Under the pieces are notes generated by a model. The model was given only the letters and a program-made list of their open reading frames with translations. It ran no database searches and was not told the DNA's origin. The translations under genes and the position numbers were made by a program. Below are positions 18,586 to 30,200 of a stretch of DNA of 64,000 nt, piece by piece (the stretch's first letter is position 1; each line of letters begins with the position of its first letter). Source of the DNA: Verrucomicrobiaceae bacterium (GTDB lineage: Bacteria; Verrucomicrobiota; Verrucomicrobiia; Verrucomicrobiales; Akkermansiaceae); NCBI GenBank assembly GCA_051252135.1, contig JBPOGH010000003.1, positions 192,001 through 256,000 on the forward strand, in the 5' to 3' direction.

Positions 18586-20883
18586 TCACTCAACATCCTC
18601 CCGCTGCTTCACCACGCCGCGGAAATAGTTGTCGGTTTGGGTCACTGTCTTCCCGTTGGGCAGGCACCATTCCCGCGTGACCGTGTAAACAACGTAAGTC
18701 TTCTGACCGGGTTCCACATCGGGCATGTTCACGATGAAATCGTGAAAGCGGGTCGAGCTATCGGGATCCTGTTCCGCCGCTCCTGCCTTGAACTCTTTTT
18801 CCGTCGAACCATCGAGAAAGGTCAGCGACTGGTCCACCCACTCACCCTCGCCCTCCTCGGCATCAGGATCAGTTGAAGGAACCCAGGTCCACGCGGTGGC
18901 CGTCACAATCGTCTTCTTCATCTGACCATGAATCTTGCCCGAATGAATCGCCTGAAACTGATCCACCCCCTCATCAATCAGGGTGAACTTGTCCAGTTTG
19001 CTGGCTTCATCATAAAGCGCACAAACCGCCTTGTTGTAGGCCCTCTTGGCCTCTTCGATTTCTCCCGCCTGCAAATGCACCCGGATCGCGTTGATGATAA
19101 GCATGATGGAATTCAGCCCCCGGTTCACTTGCTTGAAGGTCCCATCCACAAAGCTCTTCCCGATGACATGGGTAAGCAGCCGCTCCCAAAGCCCGTTCGC
19201 CCCCTCGGAGGCGAGTTTAAGCAGGAGGGTTTTCAAAATGATGCTTCCCCCACCGGCCGCCTGGTTTGCACCACTCGTTGAATTCAACGCATTCCGGATG
19301 TCGCGGATCACTTTGTCACAGATAATCGCATCAAAGGCATCCCGGTCGTCGGCCGAAAATTCCTTGGTCTCGGGATCCTGCAATGCACAAAGCTCTTCGA
19401 GATGCTTCACGAGATTGTCGTGGAGCTGCTGAATCTCGTCCTTCTGCGCATTGTTCAGCTTCTCATTGTAGGTCATTTCCCACCACAGAAGGTAACGCAG
19501 GTATTCAATCGCATGCTTGATCATCTCCATCGCCTCCACCTCATCGGTCTCGGGAAGCCCACCCTTTCTCCCTTCCATCAGGGATCGAATCACTTTCTGG
19601 AATTCGGAGCCGTAGTTTCTCTGATAGTGAATCTTGGCAAATTCATAGATCAGTTCCACCGTCCGCAGTTCCTTGATAAGGGCATTGCGTTCCTGATCAT
19701 TCTGCGCCGCTTTGAGAAGCCGTCCCGTCCGCTCGACCGTATTAAAAAACGGAGCCAGCGCGTTCTCGGGGCAATCTTCTTTGGCCGCTTGGGCATTGGA
19801 ACGACCCATGCGGTTCCCAAAGAATCCGTCTCCATTGTTGTCACCTGGAACCACTTTTCCAAACTGCTTCGGAGCCGGTTGCCCGTTTTGTGGCACTGGA
19901 AAAGGAATCCAATATTGGCCGGGAAATTCTTCGAACGGAAAAAGTCCCGGAGGGCAGAGCCAGCTCTCTGCAGTGAGGTCCTGTGAAAAAAGCCCTTTGT
20001 ATTCCATTCCCGGAGGTCCTTCCCAGACGAGAATAGGCTGCGGCAATGGATTTCCGGGACCGGGGGGAAGAATCTGGGGAGGGCTAAAAAAGGCGTTCCC
20101 CAATGGATCAAGCGGATCGGGAGGAAGCACGAAATCGATGATCAGAATGGGAGAAACAAAAGGATCGTCGGTCAGCAGAAAGGGCTCCGTGAGCTTAAAA
20201 AATGGCTCTTGCTCCGGTAGACTCCGCACCCCCATTTCCCCCACGGGAATGTGGAAGGGCAAACCTTCGTTGAATTGATTGAGATCACGAAAATTGGGTC
20301 CCCTTAGAACATTGGGAGGACCAGAAGGGAGCTCAATGAGAAGCCCGTTGTTAGCATCAGGATCATCCACCCACGCCTGCACAATAGGTTGAATATCCAG
20401 AAATGACGGAGGGAGCGGGAGAGGCTCCATCAAGAAGGGAAACCCTTCGTCCGGAAACGAAACTCCATCCCCCGCAATCGGCCCGCAATCATCCCAGGTC
20501 ACCGTATGAGGATCCCAGGGGAAAAGAAGTTCGGCCACCCGGATGTCACCACCCGTGGTATCAAAGGGGAGAATCAGCTGGGCATCGGTGATGATCGCCC
20601 CGGGAGGAATCTGCCAAACCCCGGGCCCCACAATATGATCAAAATGAAGGAGAATCTGGGTCTGGTCCCCTCCACCAGGGGGAAGGAGCGGCATCAGGGG
20701 CGGCGCCCCATCATCCCCGAAGTTGGTCGTCGGATTCGCTTGATCAAGGAGGGCATGGTGCAGGTCTTCATAAACAAGCTCCATCGAATAGCCGTTACGG
20801 CGAATTTCCGCGCCCTCTTGGAGGACGAGTGTTTGGTCGGCGAGACAGCTCCCGACGATGAGGAATGATACAAGTGTCTTCAT
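18586..20883 (-). CDS. Secreted multidomain hypothetical protein (DNRLRE-like N-terminal domain)
   Basis: Signal peptide; NPTTNFG, LLHFD, IPPGAIITDAQL, VQAWVDDPDANNGLLI; long helical C-terminal half. Confidence 0.65.
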   Translation of the reverse strand: MKTLVSFLIVGSCLADQTLVLQEGAEIRRNGYSMELVYEDLHHALLDQANPTTNFGDDGAPPLMPLLPPGGGDQTQILLHFDHIVGPGVWQIPPGAIITDAQLILPFDTTGGDIRVAELLFPWDPHTVTWDDCGPIAGDGVSFPDEGFPFLMEPLPLPPSFLDIQPIVQAWVDDPDANNGLLIELPSGPPNVLRGPNFRDLNQFNEGLPFHIPVGEMGVRSLPEQEPFFKLTEPFLLTDDPFVSPILIIDFVLPPDPLDPLGNAFFSPPQILPPGPGNPLPQPILVWEGPPGMEYKGLFSQDLTAESWLCPPGLFPFEEFPGQYWIPFPVPQNGQPAPKQFGKVVPGDNNGDGFFGNRMGRSNAQAAKEDCPENALAPFFNTVERTGRLLKAAQNDQERNALIKELRTVELIYEFAKIHYQRNYGSEFQKVIRSLMEGRKGGLPETDEVEAMEMIKHAIEYLRYLLWWEMTYNEKLNNAQKDEIQQLHDNLVKHLEELCALQDPETKEFSADDRDAFDAIICDKVIRDIRNALNSTSGANQAAGGGSIILKTLLLKLASEGANGLWERLLTHVIGKSFVDGTFKQVNRGLNSIMLIINAIRVHLQAGEIEEAKRAYNKAVCALYDEASKLDKFTLIDEGVDQFQAIHSGKIHGQMKKTIVTATAWTWVPSTDPDAEEGEGEWVDQSLTFLDGSTEKEFKAGAAEQDPDSSTRFHDFIVNMPDVEPGQKTYVVYTVTREWCLPNGKTVTQTDNYFRGVVKQREDVE

Positions 20884-21047
20884 GGCATTGAGGTAGGGGG
20901 AGTCCCGGGGACTCGTTCTTCTGCCTCCTCAATCGCACTCCACAGGGAGCAATGTCATAAATCCCCGAAATGTTCACCCCACCCCCGGTGCTCGCCCCCC
21001 TTTCAGCGGCACCAACCCGTCCACCGGGCTCCGGAAATGCCCCGTGA

Positions 21048-21944
21048 TCAATCCTTCCGCAAGGTTGCCAACCACACATCGAGATTCTTTGTCCACCCGG
21101 TAGCCGCATCCCGGCCCTTCTGCCCATAGCCATGCCCCCCGCTCGGGAACACCTGACCCGTAACCGGAATTCCCAACTCGGCGCAACGCGCGGCATAGTC
21201 CATCGCGTTCTTCAAGGGAACAGCCCGGTCATCCGACGAGTGAACAAAATAAAGCGGCGGACATTCTTTGGTCAGCCGATTGGTCGTATTGAATTTGGCC
21301 GCCTCTTCATCTGAAACATCCTTACCAAGAAGGTTTCTCTGCGAACCGCCGTGGCCATACTTGGTGCCCATCGCAATCACCGGGTAACCCAGAATCTGAA
21401 AGTCCGGACGACAACTCAACGCATCAATGGCATCACCAGTTTCCGCTTCAAACTTGTCGTTAAACATCGTGGCACAGCAAGAGGCCAAATGCCCCCCCGC
21501 CGAAAACCCCATGATGCCAATCTTGTTTGGATCAACCTTCCACTCTTCGGCATGAGCGCGGGCAGTCCGAATCGCACGGCGGGCATCGAGAAGAGGAACA
21601 GGAAACCGGTAGCCAAGCTCCTCCTTCCCCACACGATACTTCACCACCACAATGGTGATGTCTTGCGAAAGACCCCAGGCCGCAATGTCAGTCCCTTCGT
21701 TTTCCCCGGAAACAATCCCATACCCTCCTCCGGGAAGCACCACGATGCACTGGCCATTCGGTTCCTCGGGCTGGTACAGCATGTATTGCGGAACCTCGAT
21801 GTTTCGGTAACGAAGGCCCTCTCCGGTCTCCTCCGTTCCTGCCGGAGGGCGCGGTGCTCCGGGAGCATCCCCTGACCACAACGGCTTCCACTCTTGGGCA
21901 AACAAAGACGAAGACAGGGCCAGAATCAGCGGTAAAAATTTCAT
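21048..21944 (-). CDS. Alpha/beta hydrolase (BD-FAE/acetylxylan esterase-like)
   Basis: PGGGY, GFSAGGHL, DDRAVP, GGHGYG. Confidence 0.88.
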   Translation of the reverse strand: MKFLPLILALSSSLFAQEWKPLWSGDAPGAPRPPAGTEETGEGLRYRNIEVPQYMLYQPEEPNGQCIVVLPGGGYGIVSGENEGTDIAAWGLSQDITIVVVKYRVGKEELGYRFPVPLLDARRAIRTARAHAEEWKVDPNKIGIMGFSAGGHLASCCATMFNDKFEAETGDAIDALSCRPDFQILGYPVIAMGTKYGHGGSQRNLLGKDVSDEEAAKFNTTNRLTKECPPLYFVHSSDDRAVPLKNAMDYAARCAELGIPVTGQVFPSGGHGYGQKGRDAATGWTKNLDVWLATLRKD

Positions 21945-22067
21945 CTCTGCAGGCTAGCGTTCCCTTTCTTCGGGAGAAGTCAGAAAATAACAAAACGGGG
22001 CCGGGGGGGAAACCATCCCACTATCTTGCAAGAAATCACCGGCTCACGAAGTTACCATAAAGTGGTT

Positions 22068-23723
22068 ATGAAGCTCGCCCTTGTCATTCTCCTCCAAACA
22101 ACCGTCTGGATCAGCGCCGCCCCATCAACAATCTGGGTGGAAGGTGAATCCTCTGCCGATCAGACGATCCAGAAGAACGGTTGGTACTCCAGCGTCAAAA
22201 AGGACGAACTTTCCGACGGGGGACTTCTCGCCCATTGGGGTGACCGGCCGGGGCAGGCGCAATACAAGGTCACCATCCCCGGGACCGGCACATACACCCT
22301 GTGGCTTCGCGCAAACACGGTGGGCTCAAAAATTGAAATCCGTTTTGACGGAGACCGGTGGAAAGAAATCAATCCAAAGGGAAACAGTCACGAAAACATC
22401 AATATTGCCTCAGACAACAAGCCCGACCTCCGCTTCCTTTCCTGGATCAATGCCGGCACCACCAACTTGAAAGCCGGAGTGTCCGGTTTATCCGTCCGCT
22501 TCACTTCGGATAACCACAACCATGGCATGCTCGACTGCTTCTGTCTCACCACCGATCCATCATGGAAACCTTCCCGCACCCTGAAACCCGGTGAAAAACC
22601 ACCCCATTGGCCGACTCCACGGATCGATGACTCCAACCTCCAACACTGGATTCAATTCGTCCGTCCGGCACCGGAAGAACTGGGATGGCGGCAAATCCGC
22701 TGGCACAGCAGCCTGTCGGAGGCCGCCAAGGAAGCCGAACAATTGCAGCGCCCCATTCTCCTCTGGGCCATGAATGGCCACCCCTGCGGCGAAACCTGAA
22801 ACAACGGCGTCATCGGACGCCGTGAGATCTGGTCAGATCGCCAAATTCAAAACATTGCCTCGGAGTTCGTCTGCGTCATCGAAGAAACCTTTTTCCTCTA
22901 TCCCCCCGAATGGATGAAAAACCCACCCAATCCCGCGGCCACCAACCTCTTCAAAACATACGTCTCCCAGGCCCCGGAAGGAACTTTCCCACGAGAAACC
23001 TCAACCTATCAGGGACTCTACTGCATGATGCCAGACGGAAGCTACCTTTCCGGAAAATTTGCACGACAGTCAAACGCCGTTGCCCGGGACACCTTAAACA
23101 ATGGCCTGGAGAAGTGGTCACAAATCACCCGTAAAAACCGCTTAAAACCCAAGTCCGTTCCATCCAACCCCCTGGCCATTTATGGCGGAAAAGAGCTGAC
23201 CAAAGGAGGCCTCAAACTCGAGGTGGCATACCGAGATCTCCCACGTGCCCACATCGAGCGCCCCGGGGACGCCCAATTCCCCAACCCCTACAATCTGGGA
23301 TGGTACGACTTCACCCCCGCCGAGGCCAAAAGCTTCCTGACCACCGGCAAAGAAAAGGCGGCAATCCCCGACGCCATTTTCACAAAACTCGCACGCACCC
23401 ACCTGAAGGATGCCGTCCGCGGCCAAATGAACGATTGGGAAATAGGCTCCACCAAAAACGGCAAGCTCTTCACCCGACTCATCGAAAATAAGGACGGCCT
23501 GCAAACTTTTGAACTCTCGGGATCCGCCGAAATGGCCGCCAATGGGCGCACCTTCTCACCAACATTGCATGGCACCGCCACCTACAATACCAGACTCGGA
23601 GAGTTCACCGATTTCCGGCTCCTCGCCCTTGGTCAACGAAGCGGCAAGGGCCCGGCCAACGGTCGGTCAACCGACCCCGGACCGGCTCCCATGGCCGTGG
23701 CCTTTTCTCTCTATCAGCCTTAG
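22068..23723 (+). CDS. Candidate selenoprotein: signal peptide + jelly-roll domain + thioredoxin-like domain, in-frame TGA at 22797-22799 (codon 244 of 551 aa)
   Basis: Track ORFs 22026-22799 and 22914-23723 share a frame. The 38 intervening codons are open: ...[45 protein letters not shown]... Hairpins follow the TGA. Confidence 0.65.
22804..22839 (+). promoter_or_regulatory. Candidate SECIS region (two tandem hairpins)
   Basis: ACGGCGTC-ATCG-GACGCCGT (22804-22823) and GATCT-GGTC-AGATC (22826-22839) directly 3' of the TGA. Confidence 0.5.
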
Positions 23724-26700
23724 AGGCCGTGATACTCCTGAACGGAGGTCACCGTCAGCTCCTGAGTCTGCAGGGAACGAATCGCTTTCACACTCGCTTC
23801 CGCCGCACTGAGATTGGTGCAATGACTGATCTTGTGCTGCACCGCACCGGAGCGAATCTTGACCTCGTCCTCGCGGGCTTCGTGACCGCTTGGCGTGTTG
23901 ATGATGAAATCAATGTCTCCATTTTTCATCATATCAATCACGTTCGGACGCTTCTGCTCGGCCAACTTATAAAGCCGGCTCACCGTGATCCCCTCCGCCT
24001 TGAGGCGCTTATAGGTTCCTCCGGTGGCATGAATCTTAAAGCCCAGATCAGCAAGGTCCCGGGCAACCGGAACCGCACGATCCTTATCGCGATCATTCAC
24101 CGAGAAAAAGACGTTCCCTTGGGTGGGAAGAGGATTAAAGGCACTGATCTGCGATTTGGCATAAGCCATCCCGAGATCCTTGTCGGCTCCCATCACCTCT
24201 CCGGTCGATTTCATCTCAGGCCCCAACACGATGTCGATCCCTGGGAATCGTCCCCAGGGAAAGACCGCTTCCTTCACGCAGAAATGCCCCGGCAAAACTT
24301 CCTCGGTGAAGCCCAGATCGACCAATTTTTCACCCACCATGATCTTGGCGGCGAGCTTCGCAAGAGGCACCCCGATCGACTTCGAAACAAACGGCACCGT
24401 CCGCGAAGCCCGCGGGTTCACCTCGATCACGTAAAGCTCATCATCCTTCACCGCGAACTGAATGTTCATCAAGCCCTTCACTTCCAGCTCCTTCGCAAGC
24501 GCTTTGGCCCCGGCCAAAATCTCAGCCAGAATCTTCTCACTCAAGCTGAAGCTCGGAATCACACAAGCCGAGTCACCCGAGTGAATCCCCGCTTGCTCAA
24601 TGTGCTCCATGATCGCTCCCACCACGCTCGTCTCGCCATCGGAAATACAATCCACATCCACTTCCGTGGCGTTCTCCAAAAAGCGGTCCACCAGAATCGG
24701 ACGATCCGGCGCCACATCCGCAGCATTCCGGATATAATGTCGAAGCTCGTCATCGTTGTAGACAATCATCATCCCACGACCACCCAACACAAACGAGGGG
24801 CGCACCAGCACCGGATAGCCGATGCGATCCGCAATCGCCACCGCTTCATCTTCCGAAACCGCCGTTCCCGCTTCCGCTTGCTTGAGCCCAATCCGGTCCA
24901 GCAATGCGGAGAAATGCTTCCGGTCTTCCGCCAGTTCAATCGACTTCGGTGACGTCCCGATAATCGGCACCCCGTGGCGCTCCAGGTCGGCGGCGAGATT
25001 CAGCGGAGTCTGCCCGCCGAACTGCACAATCACCCCGTCCGGCTTCTCCTGATCACAAATATTCAACACGTCCTCCAACGTGAGCGGCTCAAAGTACAGC
25101 TTGTCCGAGGTGTCATAATCCGTCGACACCGTCTCGGGATTCGAGTTCACCATCACCGACTCATAACCCAATTCGCGGAGCGCAAACGACGCGTGCACAC
25201 AGCAGTAATCAAACTCAATCCCCTGACCAATCCGGTTCGGTCCTCCGCCCAAAATCACGATCTTTTTCTGATCCGTCTCGCGAGCTTCGTTCTCATCCCC
25301 GTAGGTCGAGTAGTAATAGGGCGTCGCCGCCTCAAATTCCGCCGCACAGGTATCCACCAGGCGATACGTCGGAATAATTCCCGCCGCCTTCCGCTCCGCC
25401 CGCACCTCATCTTCGGAGATTCCCCGGGCATGCCCAATCTGCCGATCCGAGAAGCCCAGCTTCTTCGCCCGGCGCAAATCGAGGTTCGCCAGATCATTCC
25501 CCTCTTCCACAATCACCCGCATGTTCTCCAGGAACCACGGATCAATCTGGGTCGCGTCAAAAATCTCCTCAATCGTCCAGCCCTGCTCAAACGCCACCTT
25601 CAACCAGAATATCCGCTCCGCATTCGGCACATGCAGCTTCCGCTCCACATCCTCCCGTGTCGCCACCGGATCCTTCCCGTCAAAACCAAACCCAAATCGA
25701 CCCGTCTCCAGCGACCGCAACGCCTTCTGCAACGACTCCTTAAAGGTCCGTCCAATCGACATCGCCTCGCCCACCGCCTTCATCGATGTCGTCAGCACCG
25801 GATCCGCCGTCGGGAATTTCTCAAAAGTAAACCGTGGCACCTTGGTCACCACATAATCAATCGTCGGCTCAAAGGACGCCGGAGTCTCCCGCGTAATGTC
25901 ATTCGGCAGCTCATCCAGCGTGTAGCCCACCGCCAGCTTCGCCGCGATCTTCGCAATCGGGAATCCCGTCGCCTTGGATGCCAGCGCCGAAGAACGACTC
26001 ACCCGCGGGTTCATCTCAATCACAATGCAACGCCCCGTCTTGGGATCGACCGAAAACTGAATATTGGACCCCCCCGTCTCCACCCCGATCTCACGAATCA
26101 CCGCAAAGGACGCATCCCGCATAATTTGATATTCGCGATCCGAAAGCGTCTGCGCCGGAGCCACCGTGATCGAGTCGCCCGTATGCACTCCCATCGGATC
26201 AAGGTTCTCAATTGAACAAATCACCACGCAGTTGTCCGCATGGTCCCGCATCACCTCCATTTCATATTCCTTCCAACCCAAAAGGCACTCTTCCACGAGC
26301 ACTTCCGTCGTCGGCGAAAGGTCGAGACCACGGGTCACGATCGTCTCAAATTCCTCCTTGTTGTAGGCGATTCCCCCTCCGGTGCCTCCCAGCGTAAATG
26401 CCGGCCGAATCACCAAAGGCATCGTCCCAATATCCTTCGCAATCGCCTTGGCCTCCTCCATCGAGTGCGCCACTCCCGAGATCGGCAAATCCAGCCCGAT
26501 CTTGATCATCGCATCCTTGAATCGCTGACGATTCTCCCCCTTGTCAATCGCGTCCGCATTCGCACCGATCATCCGCACCCCATACTTATCAAGGGTTCCC
26601 GATTCAAAAAGCTCCATCGACACATTCAGCGCCGTCTGACCCCCAAGCGTTGGCAACAGCGCATCAGGCTTTTCCTTGATAATGATTTTTTCGATCACCT

Positions 26701-26914
26701 CAGGCGTAATCGGCTCAATATAAGTCCGTTCCGCAAATTCCGGGTCGGTCATGATCGTCGCCGGATTGGAGTTCACCAAAATGACCTCGTATCCCTCTTC
26801 CCGTAACGCCTTGCACGCTTGGGTCCCTGAGTAATCAAACTCACAACCTTGTCCAATTACGATTGGGCCGGCTCCGACCACGAGTATTTTTTTGATGCTG
26901 GTGTCCTTCGGCAT
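23720..26914 (-). CDS. carB: Carbamoyl-phosphate synthase large subunit
   Basis: [27 protein letters not shown], duplicated ATP-grasp domains, C-terminal MGS domain. Confidence 0.98.
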   Translation of the reverse strand: MPKDTSIKKILVVGAGPIVIGQGCEFDYSGTQACKALREEGYEVILVNSNPATIMTDPEFAERTYIEPITPEVIEKIIIKEKPDALLPTLGGQTALNVSMELFESGTLDKYGVRMIGANADAIDKGENRQRFKDAMIKIGLDLPISGVAHSMEEAKAIAKDIGTMPLVIRPAFTLGGTGGGIAYNKEEFETIVTRGLDLSPTTEVLVEECLLGWKEYEMEVMRDHADNCVVICSIENLDPMGVHTGDSITVAPAQTLSDREYQIMRDASFAVIREIGVETGGSNIQFSVDPKTGRCIVIEMNPRVSRSSALASKATGFPIAKIAAKLAVGYTLDELPNDITRETPASFEPTIDYVVTKVPRFTFEKFPTADPVLTTSMKAVGEAMSIGRTFKESLQKALRSLETGRFGFGFDGKDPVATREDVERKLHVPNAERIFWLKVAFEQGWTIEEIFDATQIDPWFLENMRVIVEEGNDLANLDLRRAKKLGFSDRQIGHARGISEDEVRAERKAAGIIPTYRLVDTCAAEFEAATPYYYSTYGDENEARETDQKKIVILGGGPNRIGQGIEFDYCCVHASFALRELGYESVMVNSNPETVSTDYDTSDKLYFEPLTLEDVLNICDQEKPDGVIVQFGGQTPLNLAADLERHGVPIIGTSPKSIELAEDRKHFSALLDRIGLKQAEAGTAVSEDEAVAIADRIGYPVLVRPSFVLGGRGMMIVYNDDELRHYIRNAADVAPDRPILVDRFLENATEVDVDCISDGETSVVGAIMEHIEQAGIHSGDSACVIPSFSLSEKILAEILAGAKALAKELEVKGLMNIQFAVKDDELYVIEVNPRASRTVPFVSKSIGVPLAKLAAKIMVGEKLVDLGFTEEVLPGHFCVKEAVFPWGRFPGIDIVLGPEMKSTGEVMGADKDLGMAYAKSQISAFNPLPTQGNVFFSVNDRDKDRAVPVARDLADLGFKIHATGGTYKRLKAEGITVSRLYKLAEQKRPNVIDMMKNGDIDFIINTPSGHEAREDEVKIRSGAVQHKISHCTNLSAAEASVKAIRSLQTQELTVTSVQEYHGL

Positions 26915-27088
26915 AAGGTCTGTCTAAAACTTCGTGTATCTGACAAGACCACCCCATTTTGTAAAGCGTCATCGGCCTTTCTCTCCGATCCTTCGCTTAT
27001 ATTAAACGAAACACCCCAAAAAGCAGCCCAAACGCTCTGGGGAAATGTCCCAATTTCCCTTCATTCGCAGCCTTCACGATTCGCCCGA

Positions 27089-30088
27089 CTATCTCGCAAA
27101 CATCCGAACCGCCTCCTCGCGCTTCAACGGATTGGTAAACCACCTTCCCGCCAAGGGAGGAGCCAAATGAAACAGCTGATGGTCGTCCGCCAGTTGCACC
27201 ACTTGCAAATCCTCAAGCAATTCCGGCACCCCCAACCGGCCCCGGTAAATCGCCCCCACATTGAAATCCCCATCCAACAAAATGGCCATCGGCACCGAAC
27301 TCCTCGGCGTCCGGTCAAAAAGCCTCTTCTGAAACCCGAAGATGTCCTGTAACGACCGCTCCTCAATAAACCCCCAAAGGTAAGGCCACTTCGCCTCATC
27401 CATCATCGAATACGCCGCCGACAAATCAGCCGTCGGGCCCGCCATCCCGTCCACCGAAAGCCCCACAACCTGCAGGCCGACCTTCCCCAATTCCTGCTTC
27501 GCCTTGCCGAGACTTTTTAACTCGGCCTCACAATGCGAACAGCCCGCCGACCACAACACCACCAAGGTCGGCCTTCCACTCTGTTGCAGAACCGACGGCT
27601 TCGCCGCCATGTTGCGATAAGCAATCTTGGGCATCGGCAAACGGGCCGGCAGAAGAATCCGCGCCGCTCCCGAATCCTTCCGGGGCACAAGATCCTCCTC
27701 CTTTAGCACCAGCGGCGTCACCCGCTTCACCTTGGAAGCCCACTCCATCGCTTCTCCACTTCCCTGCTTCAGCAAAAAACGCCCACCCCGCCGAACGCCC
27801 GCAAAACGCTCCCGCTCCCCTCCGGGCCACAGCACTTCCGCCCCCCTCACTTCGTCCTCGTCTCCCAAACCAAAATGCAACCACTTGCTGGATTGCGACA
27901 GAAACAAATCCCCCGCCCGCACCGATCTCACCAAACGCCGACCTTCACCCAACCCTAACAATTCCACCACCGCGCCAATCCCATCGCGATTCGCACCCAC
28001 TCCCTCCAGCCGCAACGCAACCGATTCATTCCCCTCGCTCTGATTGAGCATCACCCGCAAGCGTGGAGCCGTCCGATTCCGATACCACAAATCCAAATCC
28101 CCATCCTGATCCCAGTCCACCAACGCCAACCCCCGTCCATCATCCGCGTGATCCAAGCCACTCAATCCGGACACCTCGGCAAACGCCCCCCCTCCTTCAT
28201 TCAGGAAAAAACGATTCCGCTCTCCCCCGCTCCACGAATGCCCGTCGCGCACCAACTCCATCAAATCACCCCACCCCTGCGCGTAAATCCCGACCTGTTC
28301 CTGCTGCGAAACATCCACGGGAGAAGGCGACACGACCTGCCGCCAAAAGAAACTTCACAAGTCATCATCACGCGTGTTCGTCAGATAACCATTGGCCACC
28401 ACCAGGTCCTGCCAGCCATCATTGTTCAAATCCGCAAACGCCGAGCTCCAGGCCCACCCGCCTCCCGTCACTCCCGCCGCCAAACTGTCATCCCGAAAGC
28501 CCATCCCCTTTCCCGCAAACAAACTATTCCCGCGCGCCATCCGCTGCAGCCCGTCCTCAAAATTCCGCTGACCGCCCACCCGACTTCCGGCTGCCGAAAA
28601 CATATTCCCCACGTAAAGATCCGCCGCCCCGTCCCGATTAAAATCACCCCACGAAACCGACATCCCCGCCGCCATATCCTCAACCCCCGCTTCCTCCGCC
28701 ACGTTCGTAAAACGCCCCCCGTCATTGCGATAAAAACAGTTCCGCCCAAAATCATTCGCCACATAAAGATCCGGATCCCCGTCCCGATCCACATCCTCCC
28801 ACGACGCCGCAAAGCTCCACCGCGTGTTGTCCGCATCCAGCCCCGCCCGCGCCGTCACGTCCCCAAAACGAAACCCGCCCAGGTTCGCCAACAGAACATT
28901 GCGCCCCCCGTTCTCGGCATCATTGAATGGAATCGGCGACCTCGCCTCAAACCCCCGCTTCCCCGCACCCGACTCATCCGCCGCTCCATAAACACACGCG
29001 TAAATGTCCAGATCCCCGTCACTGTCAAAGTCCGCCGCACTCAGCGAAAAAGGATAAGGCGCCCCGGGGAATCCTCCTCGCAGCACAAACTTCTCCCCTC
29101 CCTCGTTTTCCGCAAAGGCGATCATCGCAATCGTCGCCACCACTAAATCCTGATCCCCGTCGTTGTCCAAATCCACCAGCAGCGCCCCGCGTGAATCCTC
29201 CAGCCAATCCACCCCCCAAGCCGCTGCCACTTCCCGCGCCGTCCCGTCCGCTTGCTGCACGTAGAGCTGATTCGGCAGGCTCCCCCCGTCACAAACATAC
29301 ACATCCTCCAGCCCATCCCCATTCACATCCCCCACCGCAATCCCATGATGCCCCGTCATCGACAAATCCCCGATCCGCGTAATGCGCTGCGCCCAAAATT
29401 CCATCCCCCGCATCACTTGCAGCTGAAATCGCGAAGAGTCTCCCAACACCGCACACGTCACATCGGCAAACCGCGGCCCCTCGTAACGCAACGTCTTCTT
29501 CTCCAACGCCCGAACGCCCAGCAAAGTCAACGGACGCCCCCCCAACCACTCACAAATCCAAATCGCGGAATGCTCAAAGTCCTCACCCTCGGACTCCACC
29601 TTCACCCGCGTGGTCCAGCGACCCTCCCCTCGATCAACATCGACAATTTTCACCTGCACCTCACCCAACAAACGTCGCAGCTCCAGCAACTCCCCCGCCG
29701 TCGTCACCACCCCGGCCTCATCCCCGGGGCCCAGCCCATCAGCCCGAAAACCCTCCGCCAAAAACCCGGCCACGTCCGTCTCATCCGCCGCCCGCAACAA
29801 GCCCTTCAGCCGCGTCAACGCCTCATCCGCCACCACTTCCTCTTCCCATCCCTCGCCGGGAACCGACGTCAACCCCGACCCCGCTTCGCCCACCTCAACC
29901 CTCGTCACGCTCCCCTCCTTCTTCCCCGTTGCCGGCAGCCGATCACTCCGCTCCATCTCCTTCAACCTCAACGGAATCAGCTCATCCCGCACCTCAAGAT
30001 CCTGCCCCAAACAAACCGCCAAGCCCAACCCGCCCAGACAAGCCATCGCGGCGCTCTGGAATCGATTCTGCCAGCGACCAATCACCAT
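27089..30088 (-). CDS. Candidate selenoprotein: FG-GAP/CRTAC1-like repeats + ASPIC/UnbV + CxxC redoxin domain, in-frame TGA at 28357-28355 (codon 578 of 999 aa from ATG 30088)
   Basis: Track ORFs 28355-30118 and 27089-28333 share a frame and are joined by ...VANGYLTNTRDDDL-TGA-SFFWRQVVSPSP... FG-GAP repeats continue on both sides; ASPIC-like FLSQSSKWLHFGLG; WSAGCSHC. Confidence 0.7.
28326..28344 (-). promoter_or_regulatory. Candidate SECIS hairpin
   Basis: mRNA GGCGGCA-GGUCG-UGUCGCC (7 bp including one G-U), starting at the 11th nt after UGA. Confidence 0.6.
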
Positions 30089-30200
30089 TTCACAACATAG
30101 AATCTCCCCTCCCCCCACAAGCGAAAAACCAGACGCCCCCTCCCCATTTTCACAAAATGTGACATTGCCCGCAGCAAACCGCGATCAGGAGAGTAAGCCC

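Noticed and set aside
20900..20914. GAGTCCC-G-GGGACTC palindrome upstream of the 18586-20883 gene
   Set aside because: Single short GC-rich palindrome, plausible by chance.
22797..28357. Genome-wide UGA reassignment (code 4/25) as the explanation for the in-frame TGAs
   Set aside because: TGA terminates several complete genes here, including ATGA-coupled pairs, and long conserved genes contain no internal TGA.
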